From positions 9,960,784-10,024,783 of the forward strand of contig CM121341.1 in the NCBI GenBank assembly GCA_051530055.1: DNA of 64,000 nt, written 5' to 3'. The translations under genes were made by a program, and so were the position numbers. The notes under the pieces were generated by a model. It saw nothing but the letters and a program-made list of their open reading frames with translations, was not told the DNA's origin and made no database searches. This document shows, in pieces, positions 38,151 to 50,577 of this stretch. This DNA comes from Neoechinorhynchus agilis (lineage: Eukaryota; Animalia; Acanthocephala). Within the stretch, counting starts at the first letter, position 1. The number at the start of each line of letters is the position of its first letter.

Positions 38151-39545
38151 CTGCTAAATTGGTGACCCCGACGCAATGACGCAACCTTCCGATGGAAATA
38201 TCGTTACGGACACACACTCAAGCGGAAGCACTTCCTCGGTTATTTCCATGAACCAGGCTATGGCAAACCTCGCCCAGATCAACTCGGTCTCGGTGAGACT
38301 TCCGATGCTCACTCCGAAGGACGTTGCTATGTGGTTTTCGCAGGTGGAAGCAACATTCAACCTGCGCCACATTACCACAAGTTTGGACGCCGAGACTCTA
38401 TGCCGGCTAAGGAGTTTCGTCGCCAACCTGCCACTGCCCGGCGATTGGTACAACGCATTGAAAAGTCGCTTGAAACAGATCTTTAGAATTCCCGAATTTC
38501 GGCGGATGCAGGAGATAGTGGAGATAACAATAGAGGACAACCCCTCGCGTCTACTGGAACGCATGTTGGCGTTGTACGCTCCGAACTCGTACCCGGCAGC
38601 TGACCCCTTGTTTCGGTACCACTTCATCATCAAGCTGCCGACGAAGGTCCGTGAACTGGTCGCCTCCATGGATACTCTCGATCTGACCGCACTGGCCGAA
38701 GTCGCGGACAAATTTTTCTTCCAAATAACAGACGACTCCACAGTCTGCGCGATCGATCAAGCAAGCCCGATAGTGGACGTGGTTCGACGACATGACAAAA
38801 ACCAGGTATCTACGAGGATAATACCGGGCATCTGTCGTTTCCATGCCAAGTGGGGCAACCGCGCCAGGAACTGCATCCCACCCTGCATCTTCAACGGCAA
38901 AGTGGCCTCAACGGGGCAGAGAAACGCCTCTGCCGGCCGCCAATAATCGTCCAAGCAACCGGCACCAGCAACATGGGCGACCTCTTCTTCGTTTTCGATG
39001 TAAACTCCCGTCGGAGTTTCCTCGTCGACACAGGGGCACAAGTTAGCATCGTCCCACCGTCCAGGGACGAACGAGCCCACCCCAGCAAAAAGCGCCCCAT
39101 CGCCGCCAACCACAGCACCATCCTTACCTACGGCACCAAAAGACTATCGCTCAACCTCGCAGGCCGAGCCTGATACTCGTGGAACTTCATAATAGCCGAC
39201 GTCAGGCACCCCATCCTTGGTTCCGATTTCCCCCGAAACGTCGGGCTAATGATCGATTTGCAGGCCAAGAGACTTGTCGCCACTTCACGAACCACCGTCA
39301 TTCCCTTGGACGCGCCGAGGTCAACTCAACTTATCAGCGTCCTGACCAGCCCAGCAACAACTTCGAGGCCTTGTTCCTCAAATACCCGCCTGCCCTTACA
39401 CCGAGATTCGACTCGGCTGCGCGGCACCATGTACAACATCACATAGTGACACGCGGTCCACGCTATTCTCCGGACGGTTAAAGAAGAGTTTAGGAAGCTC
39501 GAACAGATGGGGATCATCCGCAAGTCAAGCAGTCCGTGGCCTGGG
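38066..39545 (+). mobile_element. Ty3/Gypsy (CsRn1-like) 5' portion: LTR, PBS, gag, protease; truncated at the RT start
   Basis: PBS-like TGGTGACCCCGAC at ~38160; gag VRLPMLTPKDVAMWFSQVEATF...CRFHAKWGNRARNCIPPC; protease FLVDTGAQVSIVP in a shifted frame; ends at KEEFRKLEQMGIIRKSSSPW. Confidence 0.85.
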
Positions 39546-39653
39546 GGTAGGAGCTTTATTTGATCCGTTCTCGCTTTACGTTTGATCAATTCTTGAGGCA
39601 CTGGCTGATCCGGACGATCCTCCGTACTATTTGAATCTCCTCCTAAGCAAACG

Positions 39654-40466
39654 GTGGTGCTCGCAGGGATGCAGGATCTCAATCGGTCAACAGAGGCTAT
39701 GGAGGACTTGTCCCTATTCTCCAGAGTGCAATTGGACAAGCTTGAGGATTGTTCAGGAATAGAAAAATCTTGTATCACAATGTTTCGTGACGCAATGCAC
39801 GCGCGGGGGAGTACAGCTTTCAAGGATTCCGCAAAAACCTCGGCGGAGATAGCCATTCAAGAGCACTTCCACAGCTCCAATTGGACCAAGCTGCTGAGAA
39901 ACGTCCCCTATGATCAGAGGGCCGCAGCAACTCGCCTCATGGCCAACTGCCTGCGCAACGTTAGATGGAATGACGTCAACTCCTACCTCACTAGGCTCAA
40001 TGAACAAGCAGTCCGGGCTCTAGAGGGTGCGGCAAACGCCTTTGATCGCCGTCCTGCCCTAGATTTTGCGGATTGGCGCAAATGGGGAAATAAGACCAGG
40101 GAGAAATGTGCGAAATGGACCGTGACCAGGGCCCCCAACGCGCAGGAGTACACGGACGCCTTGTCAGGTGGGCGTTCCATCTTGACCTGGCTGTTGAATC
40201 ATAATCCAGGGGCAATTGGCGAATATCCGAAGAACGCGCAGTGGGCGGCGGTGAAAGCAGAAAGCATCATGGTCGAGGCGGCGATCAAGGCGGTTCCTCA
40301 GGAAGAGCAGGAAGCCTTGGAAGTTCTATCGAAAGAGGCATTGGTTGAGAGTCTCACCATGAAAGCCGGCGTCCTCCCCGCCGCGGAAAAGAAGTTGCTG
40401 ACTGGGCTGAAGAACATTTCCGTGAATGCTTTCAAATTGCGGTTGGTGAATATGGACAAGAGGTAA
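39654..40466 (+). CDS. Intronless 270-aa orphan ORF, helical-looking; possible viral nucleoprotein fragment
   Basis: Open frame with Ala/Leu/Arg-rich composition and no TE motifs. It begins ~110 bp after the truncated Gypsy pol, and the true start is uncertain. Confidence 0.55.
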   Translation: MVLAGMQDLNRSTEAMEDLSLFSRVQLDKLEDCSGIEKSCITMFRDAMHARGSTAFKDSAKTSAEIAIQEHFHSSNWTKLLRNVPYDQRAAATRLMANCLRNVRWNDVNSYLTRLNEQAVRALEGAANAFDRRPALDFADWRKWGNKTREKCAKWTVTRAPNAQEYTDALSGGRSILTWLLNHNPGAIGEYPKNAQWAAVKAESIMVEAAIKAVPQEEQEALEVLSKEALVESLTMKAGVLPAAEKKLLTGLKNISVNAFKLRLVNMDKR

Positions 40467-41419
40467 CATCGAAAATGTAGCTCCTTCAGTAGGCAAAGGT
40501 AGCTTGGTTATAGCAAGCAAAGAAGCAGAGTCCAGTCTAACGTCCAGAATGTCATACCTCATTCCACGGAAGCAATCGTACGAAAGTAATCAACGAAAAC
40601 ATTATGCTTGAACAAGAATCAACCTCAGTGTTATTTGAATGCTCTGTCTGGATGCTCGGCATATAGGTCCGAAAACTGCGTGTCCGTACGAAGTCATATG
40701 AAAGCCTGCAAGCGAAGAGGGGAGGTGGCTGTATCTGTATAGAAATTGATGGACCCATCTACCGAGCAATCGGTCATTGAGCTGGCCAATGAAGAGTAGT
40801 GCGAACCTCCGCAGGTATTCGAAGTTATGGCAAAAGAAAGTCCACCTTCTGTCCGTTCACTTACCTTTGTAGGTGACATGGAAACACAAGCCCAGTGCTT
40901 GCAAATCATACGTCACAGTCGTTACGTCAGTGTAAAAAGGGCACTACAATGGCAGACTGCTCAATCGAATCGACTGTTTTTACAGTGGTCAAGGCGTATG
41001 AGAGCTTTGTGGAAGTGCTAAATAAGAATATCCTCCATCCAAGGTACCGAGGTTTTCTTGATACGGAGCGAGATAACCTCCGTTCATCTGAAGAGAGCCT
41101 AAAGCCTCTAACGCGCGGGGGAATTAGGCCCTAATATCGTTAAACTTCATAAAGGTCCGACTCAGGCTCTCTCCGTTATTGCCTACCACTTACTGGGTAA
41201 TCCGCCATTGTGGAAGAAGGTAGCAACGAAAATAACAAAACAGAGGTGCAGAACAACAATAAGTATTATGCGCTAGTTTCCCAGAACGTCTCTGACGCTA
41301 ATGTTCCTCTGGTAGTTCATTTTCTAGGCCTGGTGAAGAATAGCGTAGTATCTCAAATGTTCGTTTTGTTCGCTGCCGTGTAATCACAGTGCGAAAATAA
41401 TTCATAAAGAGTACAGTTT

Positions 41420-42550
41420 TAAAAGAAAATTGGGATACCGACGTTAGCAATAATTTCGAGAAATATTACTTACATTGAGCCGCTCGTCAACGGTACGAAC
41501 GTTCCACCGCTCGTTCCAAAATCGCTCGATTCATCGGAGAACAAAAAAGAACGATAGGAGGAATGGGAATGCAGCGATAGAAAAAGGACGGCGATTTGGA
41601 AGGTACGAAAAAACAGAAGAATTCACGGTCTGTGTAACGATTTGGCGCACGTTTAAAAAAATTGTCGTCATTTTTCATGTGTTTTTAGTACATGATAAAG
41701 GCACGATATCATGCCGAAATATTGGATTTAATAAATTCCTTTAATTTTTACTTTTACGGATCCGTAATCCACTCCAAATTCAGGTGATCACAAGGACTTA
41801 TCAAAATAAAACGTGATTTTATTACTATAAACAAGAATTGTCTAAGTGGTTTTTATATTCGCAAACATGATAAAATCCTACTTCGATAAAGTATGCAATA
41901 CAAAATAGTAGAATTTGAAATTCCGTTACAAATGAAGATGTATAAATTCATTGCCACGACGGAAGCTCACACGGGCGACTCATAAAGAGCCATAGAATAC
42001 AGTACAACCGAAATAGCAGTCTAAACATTTTAATCAATGGGAATATTTGGCATACCGCAAGGGAGTTGAAATTAAATACATCAAAACCATCCGAATTTAA
42101 TCAACTTTTAAGATACAAAAACTGCGTCAGCAATGGCGATGGAATCGCTTCGAACCGAATTTTCGTTTTTTATCATTAACAAATATTATTTGCAAAATAT
42201 GAATATCAACTAATTCTTAAACCGATCTGCATTAGAAATTGTTTTCCACTAGCACAAGATTTTAATCTTCAGTTTAATAACAATCATTACTTTCCTTCGA
42301 ACGCGATACTTTTTAAGAATTCTGAAAAATCGAGATACATTTGAATTTTTTACAACGCCGTTTATTTTGACGTGAAGTTTACAAACTTTAAAAGTCTTAA
42401 TACAGATTTTTCCATTTATGTTCATTATTAATGGTTTATTCGCCTTCAAACTGCTACTTTATGTTGTTCTTACTTTCTGCTTTTGGAATGTTTGTCCAAT
42501 TGTCTTTCAAAAAGTTTTTGAAGAGTCGCCAATCTCCGTCTTTTCGGAAG
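41420..42550. repeat. ~1.1-kb local duplication (further copies at ~47660-48690 and, partially, ~50400-50670)
   Basis: Near-identical sequence by eye, for example ...ggatccgtaatccactccaaattcaggtgatcac... and ...aatggtttattcgccttcaaactgctacttta... Confidence 0.88.
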
Positions 42551-42815
42551 CCTTCTGTTTGCGCAGGCTAGAAGACGGCTTGAAGATTTCCAATTTCGTC
42601 GCAATGCGTCTCCCCATAATTAGTTCGGATGGACTGCGGTTTGTTGTCGCCTGTGGAGTATTGCGATAACTCAAAAGAAATCTCTGCAACGCTTGCGGGT
42701 GATCTTTGCTCGAAATCAATAGAGCTCTACTTTTCAACGTTTCGCGAGCCCGTTCGTCTTTGGATGGTATGTTGAACTCTTCACGTGCTCTATTCCGTTG
42801 TTTTGGCAAAACGTT
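42545..42815 (-). mobile_element. Gypsy integrase C-terminal fragment
   Basis: ALQRFLLSYRNTPQATTNRSPSELIMGRRIATKL. Confidence 0.72.
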
Positions 42816-43544
42816 TGGAAATCGGATGCAATTAATTAGGGTCCATTGTCAGAAACAATCTTCTCGGGAACACCTCGATATTTAAGCCGCTTCGTTTGCT
42901 TACCTCAGTTCATAAATTGCCGCGCAATCGGAAATTAACAAAAAAAAACGCTTTTTCTCCTAATCATATGGACCGATTGGGGTTGTAGCCAGAAATTTTA
43001 AAACCCATTTCATTTAAAAAAGTAAAAAACCTAATTGCAAACTAACGTTGCAACGGAGAATGTCAAACCGCCAGCCAATGTTTTGTAAAAGTTCACTTAC
43101 CCTCGGAGTGGAGATTGTTGCCTCGGATACAAAACCTCATCTCCTGGAAAAGGATGTCCAACTCGAATAACCTCGTGCCTAGTCGACATTTTCAAACGTA
43201 AATCAGAAAGCATATTTCGCCTATCTCACTAAAAAGTGGCCACCGGTCATGCTCAGACAATTATTGTAAAACGGTTACCCGATGGCTTGTTTGGAGCAAT
43301 GAGGTTCTACCTAACAACCCAAATGTGGCTCTCACCCTTTCACGACTTCATTAATTTCAAACTACCCAGCGATATCTTCACAGTCTTCATAAAAAGTTCA
43401 GTTCCCTGCCAAAGGACTTCAACTGTAAAATCAAGTTCCGTCTAATGATGGAAGCCTCTCGACACGTTTGAGATCATTTATGTTCGCAGCAATCCTGTGA
43501 GCTAAACTGCTTTAAGATTCGCTTCTCGCCTGCGATCTCAATGG

Positions 43545-46500
43545 ATGGCGGCTGAGTTGGTAGACGCTACTACCACCAGCGAGCCGAACCATCCTAAGAA
43601 TTCGGTTACGTCGTTGACGTACGGTGCCTTCGATGTGAAACTTAACGATCTTAATGGACCGCGACGTTGTCGCTATGCTTTCTTTACAAATGGTGCTGAG
43701 GCGGTTTGCGATGGCGTTCTTTCTTTACTCTCGAGATATCCACAGACGGTCTTGGATGGTGTCCCTGAGCATTTAAAGAATGTTTTCAAACAAGGTGGTT
43801 TTAGAGTAAAACAACTCCATTTGTTATCGAACCCCCTTACTTCACTGATGTGCTTACTCTATTAAAAGAGGTTCTTTCGCGAGTTGGTCAATTATGTTCA
43901 TCTGACTTGGTAACGGTGAATAGGTTCTTTCAAGATGGGGTTGTCCCGGCTAAAGTTTCGGTATCATTGATGAGCGAAGCTCTTTCTAAACTTTCGGACG
44001 GGAAGTGTCCCAATTGCGGGTTTTTCCTTGTTGAGCAGAGGCATGAGTGCGTCAGAGCCGTCTCTTGGGCTCACTTCCTATTTAATCGGATTTTCAGCAC
44101 AGGCTTATTGACCGATGAAATGCACTTGCGGCATTTGCTTCATTCGACTTCCAATGGCCACGTTTATAAGCCCTTTACTCGCTCTATTGGTTGGTAGCCG
44201 CTCAGCTCCACCAATTGATTTTGCCTAGTAGCTCCTGCATCAGCAGTCATTTGATCACATTACTCGGAGTGCCGATGTGTGATTCTGTTGAACTAACTAG
44301 TTTTGAATCGCAAATGGAATTAGTGACTCGTGTCATTTTGGACCGAGCTAAACATTCAATTAAAGATCTTCTTTCAGATATGGTTGAGGAAATCGTCGGG
44401 TCAACATTGATGACGCCAATCGTAGAAGATAAGAGAAGTGCTCCAATGAATCCCGTCGTTAGTCCCTCACCTAAAACGGTTATGAACAAGGTACCTGTTG
44501 ATAAAGCTGCGGTTGATCAGACAGCGCTGAGCGAGTCTGCCTCAGATATAGTATTCCCAAGCGACGCTGAATTGGTTTCTAGTCCGAGTGCGAAGGATAG
44601 AAGAAGTAAACTCCGCAGCGATTTGAAGGAGCTTCTATCTATGAAAAGAGATTACACCCAGAAGCTGCTCTCTGATTATGAAAGTAACATAACGGTTGCA
44701 CGCGAAACGTGCAGAAAACATCCAACAGCGATGGCCCAGGCCCTAGAAGATCTGCTGTAGTGTGTTTCGCAAACATCAGCCTCACTCGCAGTGATTGAGC
44801 AGGTCTTGGAAGAGATTCAGGCAATGGTCCACCTTGAAGATATCCCTCTTTTGGCATCATATCAAGATGACCGCGATATCGACTCTTTGGCAACAGGTCC
44901 CACAGACTTGGGAACTACATTCACGGCATATATTGCTAGAGGGTTGGCCTCTGAGAATACGGGTCGAGTATCAGTCACGGCGTGTCGGGCAAACCGTGGT
45001 AGTTCGAGATTGGCTTTCACGCCTACTGACAGAACTGGCTCATTTTCGCGCGATCTAGATGCTATGATAAGAAATGTAGCTTACCCTGACGGACCGGTTA
45101 GCGATGTGCTAATCAATGATAGAGCTCAGAACCTTGAGAAGAAAGTGCGAAACGGTGTTCGTGTTCGCTCTTACTTTCTTCTCAATAGGATCGGCAATTC
45201 AAAGAAAAGATTATTGGGTTTATGCTTCGCTCATAGGCATAATCCACCCATGCTCAGGGCACTGGCGCGGGATCTTCATTCCCGTAAGCAGGGGCTATGC
45301 GCGGCCTTTTGCAAGGAGTTGGAAGCGCTAGGAGAATCAATGGAGCTTGTGGAGAAGGCCGAGTGGTGTATCTCCCGGCGAACTGCTTTATTGTCATCGG
45401 TTCGGAACAGACACTTCCGACATTTTTGTTCACCAAGGTGGTTATCTGTGGGTGCAGTCAGAGCTTTGGCTGGGGACGGTGTGAGCGTTTTCTTCACGTC
45501 TTACATCTCCACCCTCCTAGCTGGGCCTGACGGCTACTCACAACGCCTTTCCGATGAATGGAACAAGCTTATGGACTCTATTAATGGCAACCCCATATTC
45601 GTTCCCTATCTCCCGCTGGGATATCAAATGTCTTGTCAACGGATCATTTCCACAAATGTGCCATTCGAATCGACTCTAGTCCTGGCTGGGAATCGTTCCT
45701 TCTTCCGATCGCTGCCGACGCAGCAAACTTTCTACATAGCTAATCAAAGACTGTCTTGTTGACCGAGATGCTTCTGGCCGCGGCGCGTGAATTCATTTCG
45801 AAAAAGAAGATAGCTCAGGACTATGCGTTTTTGGAGGAGGCTGAAACTCGGTTCTATCGTGGTCAATCAGTAAGATTAGCTGGAACTACTCTACCGATCT
45901 GGTTCTCATTTGGTTTCGTGTATGCACATTCCGGGATTATAGGCCCGAATACCACCGACCGCGGGTTGTGCGACGATAAATGATACTGTCGAGGTCGAAA
46001 CTCTAGGTGCAATGGAGGACAAGGCTTTACGCACTTTAGCCACAGGCCCCTGCTGGGATCGTTCCTTCCACTGGATCACCTCAGATGATATCGGCCCATT
46101 AGCGAAAATTGATTTTTCCAGAGTGCTGAACATAGTGCATCATTTGAGTTCAATGATACATAGACGAGATGGCTCGCCGGCTACGTTCGCTAGGCTGAGA
46201 ACATTGCTGTCAAAGGATACAGACCCGAACGTTACGTGTCCTCCCCCAAACGGTATAACCAATCTAGAGGGCTCCATGAGCCGCTTCTGGGCAACCCAAC
46301 CTTTCGAAGTCCTCTGGATACGCATGCCGGTTATAGAATTCCTTCGTTCGATAGCCGCTAACTCTATACGCTGCACTGAAGGTGCAGACGAATACGACGT
46401 ACCATTTGCGGGTAATGTTGCTGCCATGATGGAACAGTGGTTCTCGGACCCGGTTGAACAGCTTTTCCGTATGATCAGGAGAAACGCCGAGACGCTGGAG

Positions 46501-46800
46501 GAGTTTGAGGAGGTAAAGACAAGGGTTTGTTTTAAAAAGTGTAAATGAAATGTGGGCATCCCATTTAAGGTTTTCTTGTAAAATCACGCCCAGAATTCGG
46601 AGAGAAGAGGAGCGTTGGATTGGGAGAGGCGCGGGAATAAGGTTGCGTTTGGAAGGAGGGGAAGGTACGGCGACTATCCTTGCCTGTCAGCGTGATCGAC
46701 AGTTGCAAGCGGCTGCAACTATACGTACAGCAGTTCAGACGGCACTTACTAGCTATTGGGAGACTGAAACAAAATTCTCAGTTCACGTTGAAACTATCTG
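43545..46800 (+). pseudogene. ~1000-codon intronless polyprotein-like coding tract broken by a few frameshifts and stops; unknown, possibly viral
   Basis: Abutting or overlapping ORFs 43545-43865, 43850-44197, 44191-44760, 44791-45762, 45756-45983 and 46012-46480. A CPNC...HEC motif is present. GC content is higher than in the host genes, and no RT, IN or transposase motifs were found. Confidence 0.6.
46482..46653 (-). mobile_element. Internal fragment of the CR1/L2 family seen at 13227-16014
   Basis: Matches 13740-13910 and is flanked by AGGAG at 46477-46481 and 46654-46658. Confidence 0.8.
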
Positions 46801-46843
46801 ATTTTATTTTTTAAGTTTTACTGGCAAGCCGGTATGTTATGAT

Positions 46844-46959
46844 ATTCAATTTTAGTCAATCCCTTTCTTGTCCGGCTCAATTCAATTTTAGTCAATCCCT
46901 TTCTTGTCCGGCTTAATTCAATTTTAGTCAATCCCTTTGACTAAAATTGTTGACTAAAA
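46844..46959. repeat. 36-bp tandem repeat (about 2.5 copies) ending in inverted TTTTAGTCAA/TTGACTAAAA boxes
   Basis: attcaattttagtcaatccctttcttgtccggct(c/t)a repeated, then ttgactaaaattgttgactaaaat. Confidence 0.85.
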
Positions 46960-47663
46960 TATCTGATTTTAGTTTGGTCAAATTGAAAGTCCAGGCATTA
47001 GCTTCTTCGCCATACACCTCAGTAGCTGAAATCCGTTACGCTGCTGACTGTAACACTCGTGAGGCCTATGAGATTCTAGGTGTTTCTTGTCGCAATCTTA
47101 GGGTGGCTTACAAACTCAGCCTGGCCTTGACCTTCATCTACTCAAAAATGACTAAGTCGCTGGCTGACTTTTGGCTCGAGGAGTCTGCAACTATGCCTGC
47201 ACACCTCACGAATTCAATACATCCGGATGTAGTAACGATGCTAAATGCCGAGTCTGCCAAGCAGAGGTGGAAGCGAAACTCGCACGAGGCGGCGTGCGGG
47301 ACGGGGCTCCAGGAATGCTTCACGGCAATGAGAAACGTGCGCGAGGCTCTGCAACTGTTGCGAAGGTTGTTTTCCGCGGCGAAACCATGCTGCCAAGCTC
47401 AGATCAGACGCTGGCTCACACCTGATTTGTTTGTTTTTGGCGACTCAAGAGAGGAAGGACACCCAAACTGGAACCTTGCGCGCGCGGCGGCGGAGCCAAA
47501 CGCGCTGTTATCGAAGAGGCAACTTCAATCAGCGGACTGGGTCAGGTTGCTCAAAGAGGAAGAACTCATTGCAGCAATACGGTCAAACTTTTCTGATCCA
47601 CCGCGTTACTCTGCGCTCGGCCATTCACAGCTTCGTGGCCCCCATCCCAGGCAGCGACGTTAG
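46947..47663 (+). CDS. Intronless ~238-codon orphan frame, 3' end truncated by the duplicated repeat; possible viral protein fragment
   Basis: Long open frame without a canonical ATG start and with no TE motifs. It runs into the 47660 repeat. Confidence 0.5.
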   Translation: MLTKISDFSLVKLKVQALASSPYTSVAEIRYAADCNTREAYEILGVSCRNLRVAYKLSLALTFIYSKMTKSLADFWLEESATMPAHLTNSIHPDVVTMLNAESAKQRWKRNSHEAACGTGLQECFTAMRNVREALQLLRRLFSAAKPCCQAQIRRWLTPDLFVFGDSREEGHPNWNLARAAAEPNALLSKRQLQSADWVRLLKEEELIAAIRSNFSDPPRYSALGHSQLRGPHPRQRR

Positions 47664-48690
47664 CAATAATTCCGAGAAATATTACTTACATTGAGCCGCT
47701 CGTCAATGGTACGAAGGTTCTACCGCTCGCTCCGAAATCGCTCGATTCATCGGAGAACAAAAAAAGAACGATAGGAGGAATGGGAATGCAGCGATAGAAA
47801 AAGGACGGCGATTTGGAAGGTACGAAAAAACAGAAGAATTCACGGTCTGTGTAACGATTTGGCGCACGTTTAAAAAAATTGTCGTCATTTTTCATGTGTT
47901 TTTAGTACATGATAAAGGCACGATATCATGCCGAAATATTGGATTTAATAAATTCCTTTAGTTTTTACTTTTACGGATCCGTAATCCACTCCAAATTCAG
48001 GTGATCACGAGGACTTATCAAAATAAAACGTGATTTTATTACTATAAACAAGAATTGTCTAAGTGGTTTTTATATTCGCAAACATGATAAAATCCTACTT
48101 CGATAAAGTATGCAATGCAAAATGGTAGAATTTGAAATTCCGTTACAAATGAAGATGTATAAATTCATTGCCACGACGGAAGCTCACACGGGCGACTCAT
48201 AAAGAGCCATAGAATACAGTACAACCGAAATAGCAGTCTAAACATTTTAATCAATGGGAATATTTGGCATACCGCAAGGGAGTTGAAATTAAATACATCA
48301 AAACCATCCGAATTTAATCAACTTTTAAGATACAAAAACTGCGTCAGCAATGGCGATGGAATCGCTTCGAACCGAATTTTCGTTTTTTATCATTAACAAA
48401 TATTATTTGCAAAATATGAATATCAACTAATTCTTAAACCGATCTGCATTAGAAATTGTTTTCCACTAGCACAAGATTTTAATCTTCAGTTTAATAATAA
48501 TCATTACTTTCCTTCGAACGCGATATTTTTTAAGAATTCTGAAAAATCGAGATACATTTGAATTTTTTACAACGCCGTTTATTTTGACGTGAAGTTTACA
48601 AACTTTAAAAGTCTCAATGAAGATTTTTCCATTTATGTTTATTATTAATGGTTTATTCGCCTTCAAACTGCTACTTTATGTTTTTCTTAC
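47660..48690. repeat. Second copy of the 41420-42550 duplication
   Basis: Direct near-identity with 41450-42470. Confidence 0.88.
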
Positions 48691-50300
48691 TTTCTTCGAG
48701 TAGGAAATGTTGCTTTCTGCGAGGGTTTCCACACACGTGGCGTCCCAGAGAAGGCATTTGCCCTCCCGCCACGGAACGAGACCATGTCTCCCGAAAGCAT
48801 CAACCAAAGACCCACATCGACAGCGATGGGATGTGCATATCGGGAGACCAAGTCTTAAGGATATTGCGATCCTCGTTACCTCGTCAGTAAGAAGAGTTCC
48901 CACTGATGCCAGAGGAACAGCCTCCAACCACGCCCCGATTCTCCTGTCGAAACTACCAACAATCTAACTCGGACGACCCATCGCAAGAACCTGAAAGTAG
49001 AGAGCTGTTAGCTCCCGCGACGAGCGGTCTGTCCCGGATCGACTGTCTGACGCCATTCACGGGAACATAGTTAACGCCTCTCTGCTGGCACCATTCTTTA
49101 ACTGCCACCACAGTCCTGGATAAGACAAAACTTTCCCCTCAGAATTATCTTCGCTATCGGTTGACGCCCCTCATACGATCCAAGAAAGGCTGGCGAGGCA
49201 AGGTCTACTAGCGCCCGAATGCCCAATCCCCCAGATGACACAGGCAATTGAGCTTCTCGCCACGCCTCATCTGAGAGCTGGACATTTAAAATGCGCTCGA
49301 GACAAGCCATCATCTTGTCGTCAAGCTTAGCCAATCCGTCCTTATGTTTGAAGAATGTTGCTATGCGGACCTTATATAACAATTTCGGAATAAAGAGTGC
49401 GTTCTTTATCAGAAATAACGCTTCGTGAGCCGATAGAGCGCTCACCCTATCGCACAGCAACGAAAGTTTCGGTATGATATGGCCGATCTCATCTTCCACA
49501 TTTGAATCAAAGACGACATTACCAGGGAGGCTGAGTTGTTCTCGAGTCACGAGTTTCAGACCTGGAGCTACGGCCTCAAACCCATCCATTAGCTCCTTGA
49601 TTTTGGCGGCGTCTTCGATATTTAATACTAGGAGCTCACACTTTCCACCATTAAGCTCAACGCCCCAATAACCGAACAGCCCCTGAACATCTCCGTCCGC
49701 AAGCTTCGAAGAGACACGTTCAGTCAGTGATCGTTTTGAAAAACGGCAACGAAACCCTTCCTTCGTGCGTCCTTTACGAACCTCGCGAAATTTCATTTCG
49801 AAATTGTTAAATATCTGATCGAAGAATTCCACCCTTCCCTTGATTGTTGATGTCAAAGACACCCCAGAATCATCACTGGTGCAAAGGACTAAGCGCTGGA
49901 ATGCGAAGAGCCGTGTCCATGATGGCGTACAGTTCTTTTGGAGGCAATCGTTGAGCAATCCGGTAAATGCTTTCGCGACCTGATATCGTGCGCCCCTTGG
50001 GATCTGTTTCAGGACGTTCCTGGGTAGAACCCGCACGATATCAAGTATCGAAATGGAGTCAGTGGTGATCTGAGAAGTCCCAGGCATAAACAGATCGGTT
50101 GATTGTGATGGAGAATCAGGCCAGCCACAGCAGAGATCCCGGAGACCATGGGTAAACAAAAACCCCAATTGGTTAATTTACAAGATTTACCGAAAACCGA
50201 ACACATACCAGTAGAGACGTGTGGTAGCCCGGCAGCGTTGGTCTTCTCAGGTTGAGAGTGATCGATAAGTGGATCGTTCAAGGTGTCTGCGTTGAGCGTT
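48690..50300 (-). mobile_element. CRE-like RLE LINE with the RT core deleted
   Basis: Homologous to 5890-8720. The N-terminal Zn finger region is joined directly to WGVELNGGK...SSGGLGIRAL and PWREGKCLLWDATCVETLA. Confidence 0.88.
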
Positions 50301-50577
50301 TCCTCGGTCTTTTCACTTGACTCATTTTGGGCGGGCAAGTTTCCGTCTTTATATTGTCGTCGGGCATCGAGGTTACGAGCGAAGCGAGGAACGTGCCGTC
50401 CGTATAATCATTACTTTCCTTCGAACGCGATACTTTTTAAGAATTCTGAAAAATCGAGATACATTTGAATTTTTTACAACGCCGTTTATTTTGACGTGAA
50501 GTTTACAAACTTTAAAAGTCTTAATACAGATTTTTCCATTTATGTTCATTATTAATGGTTTATTCGCCTTCAAACTG

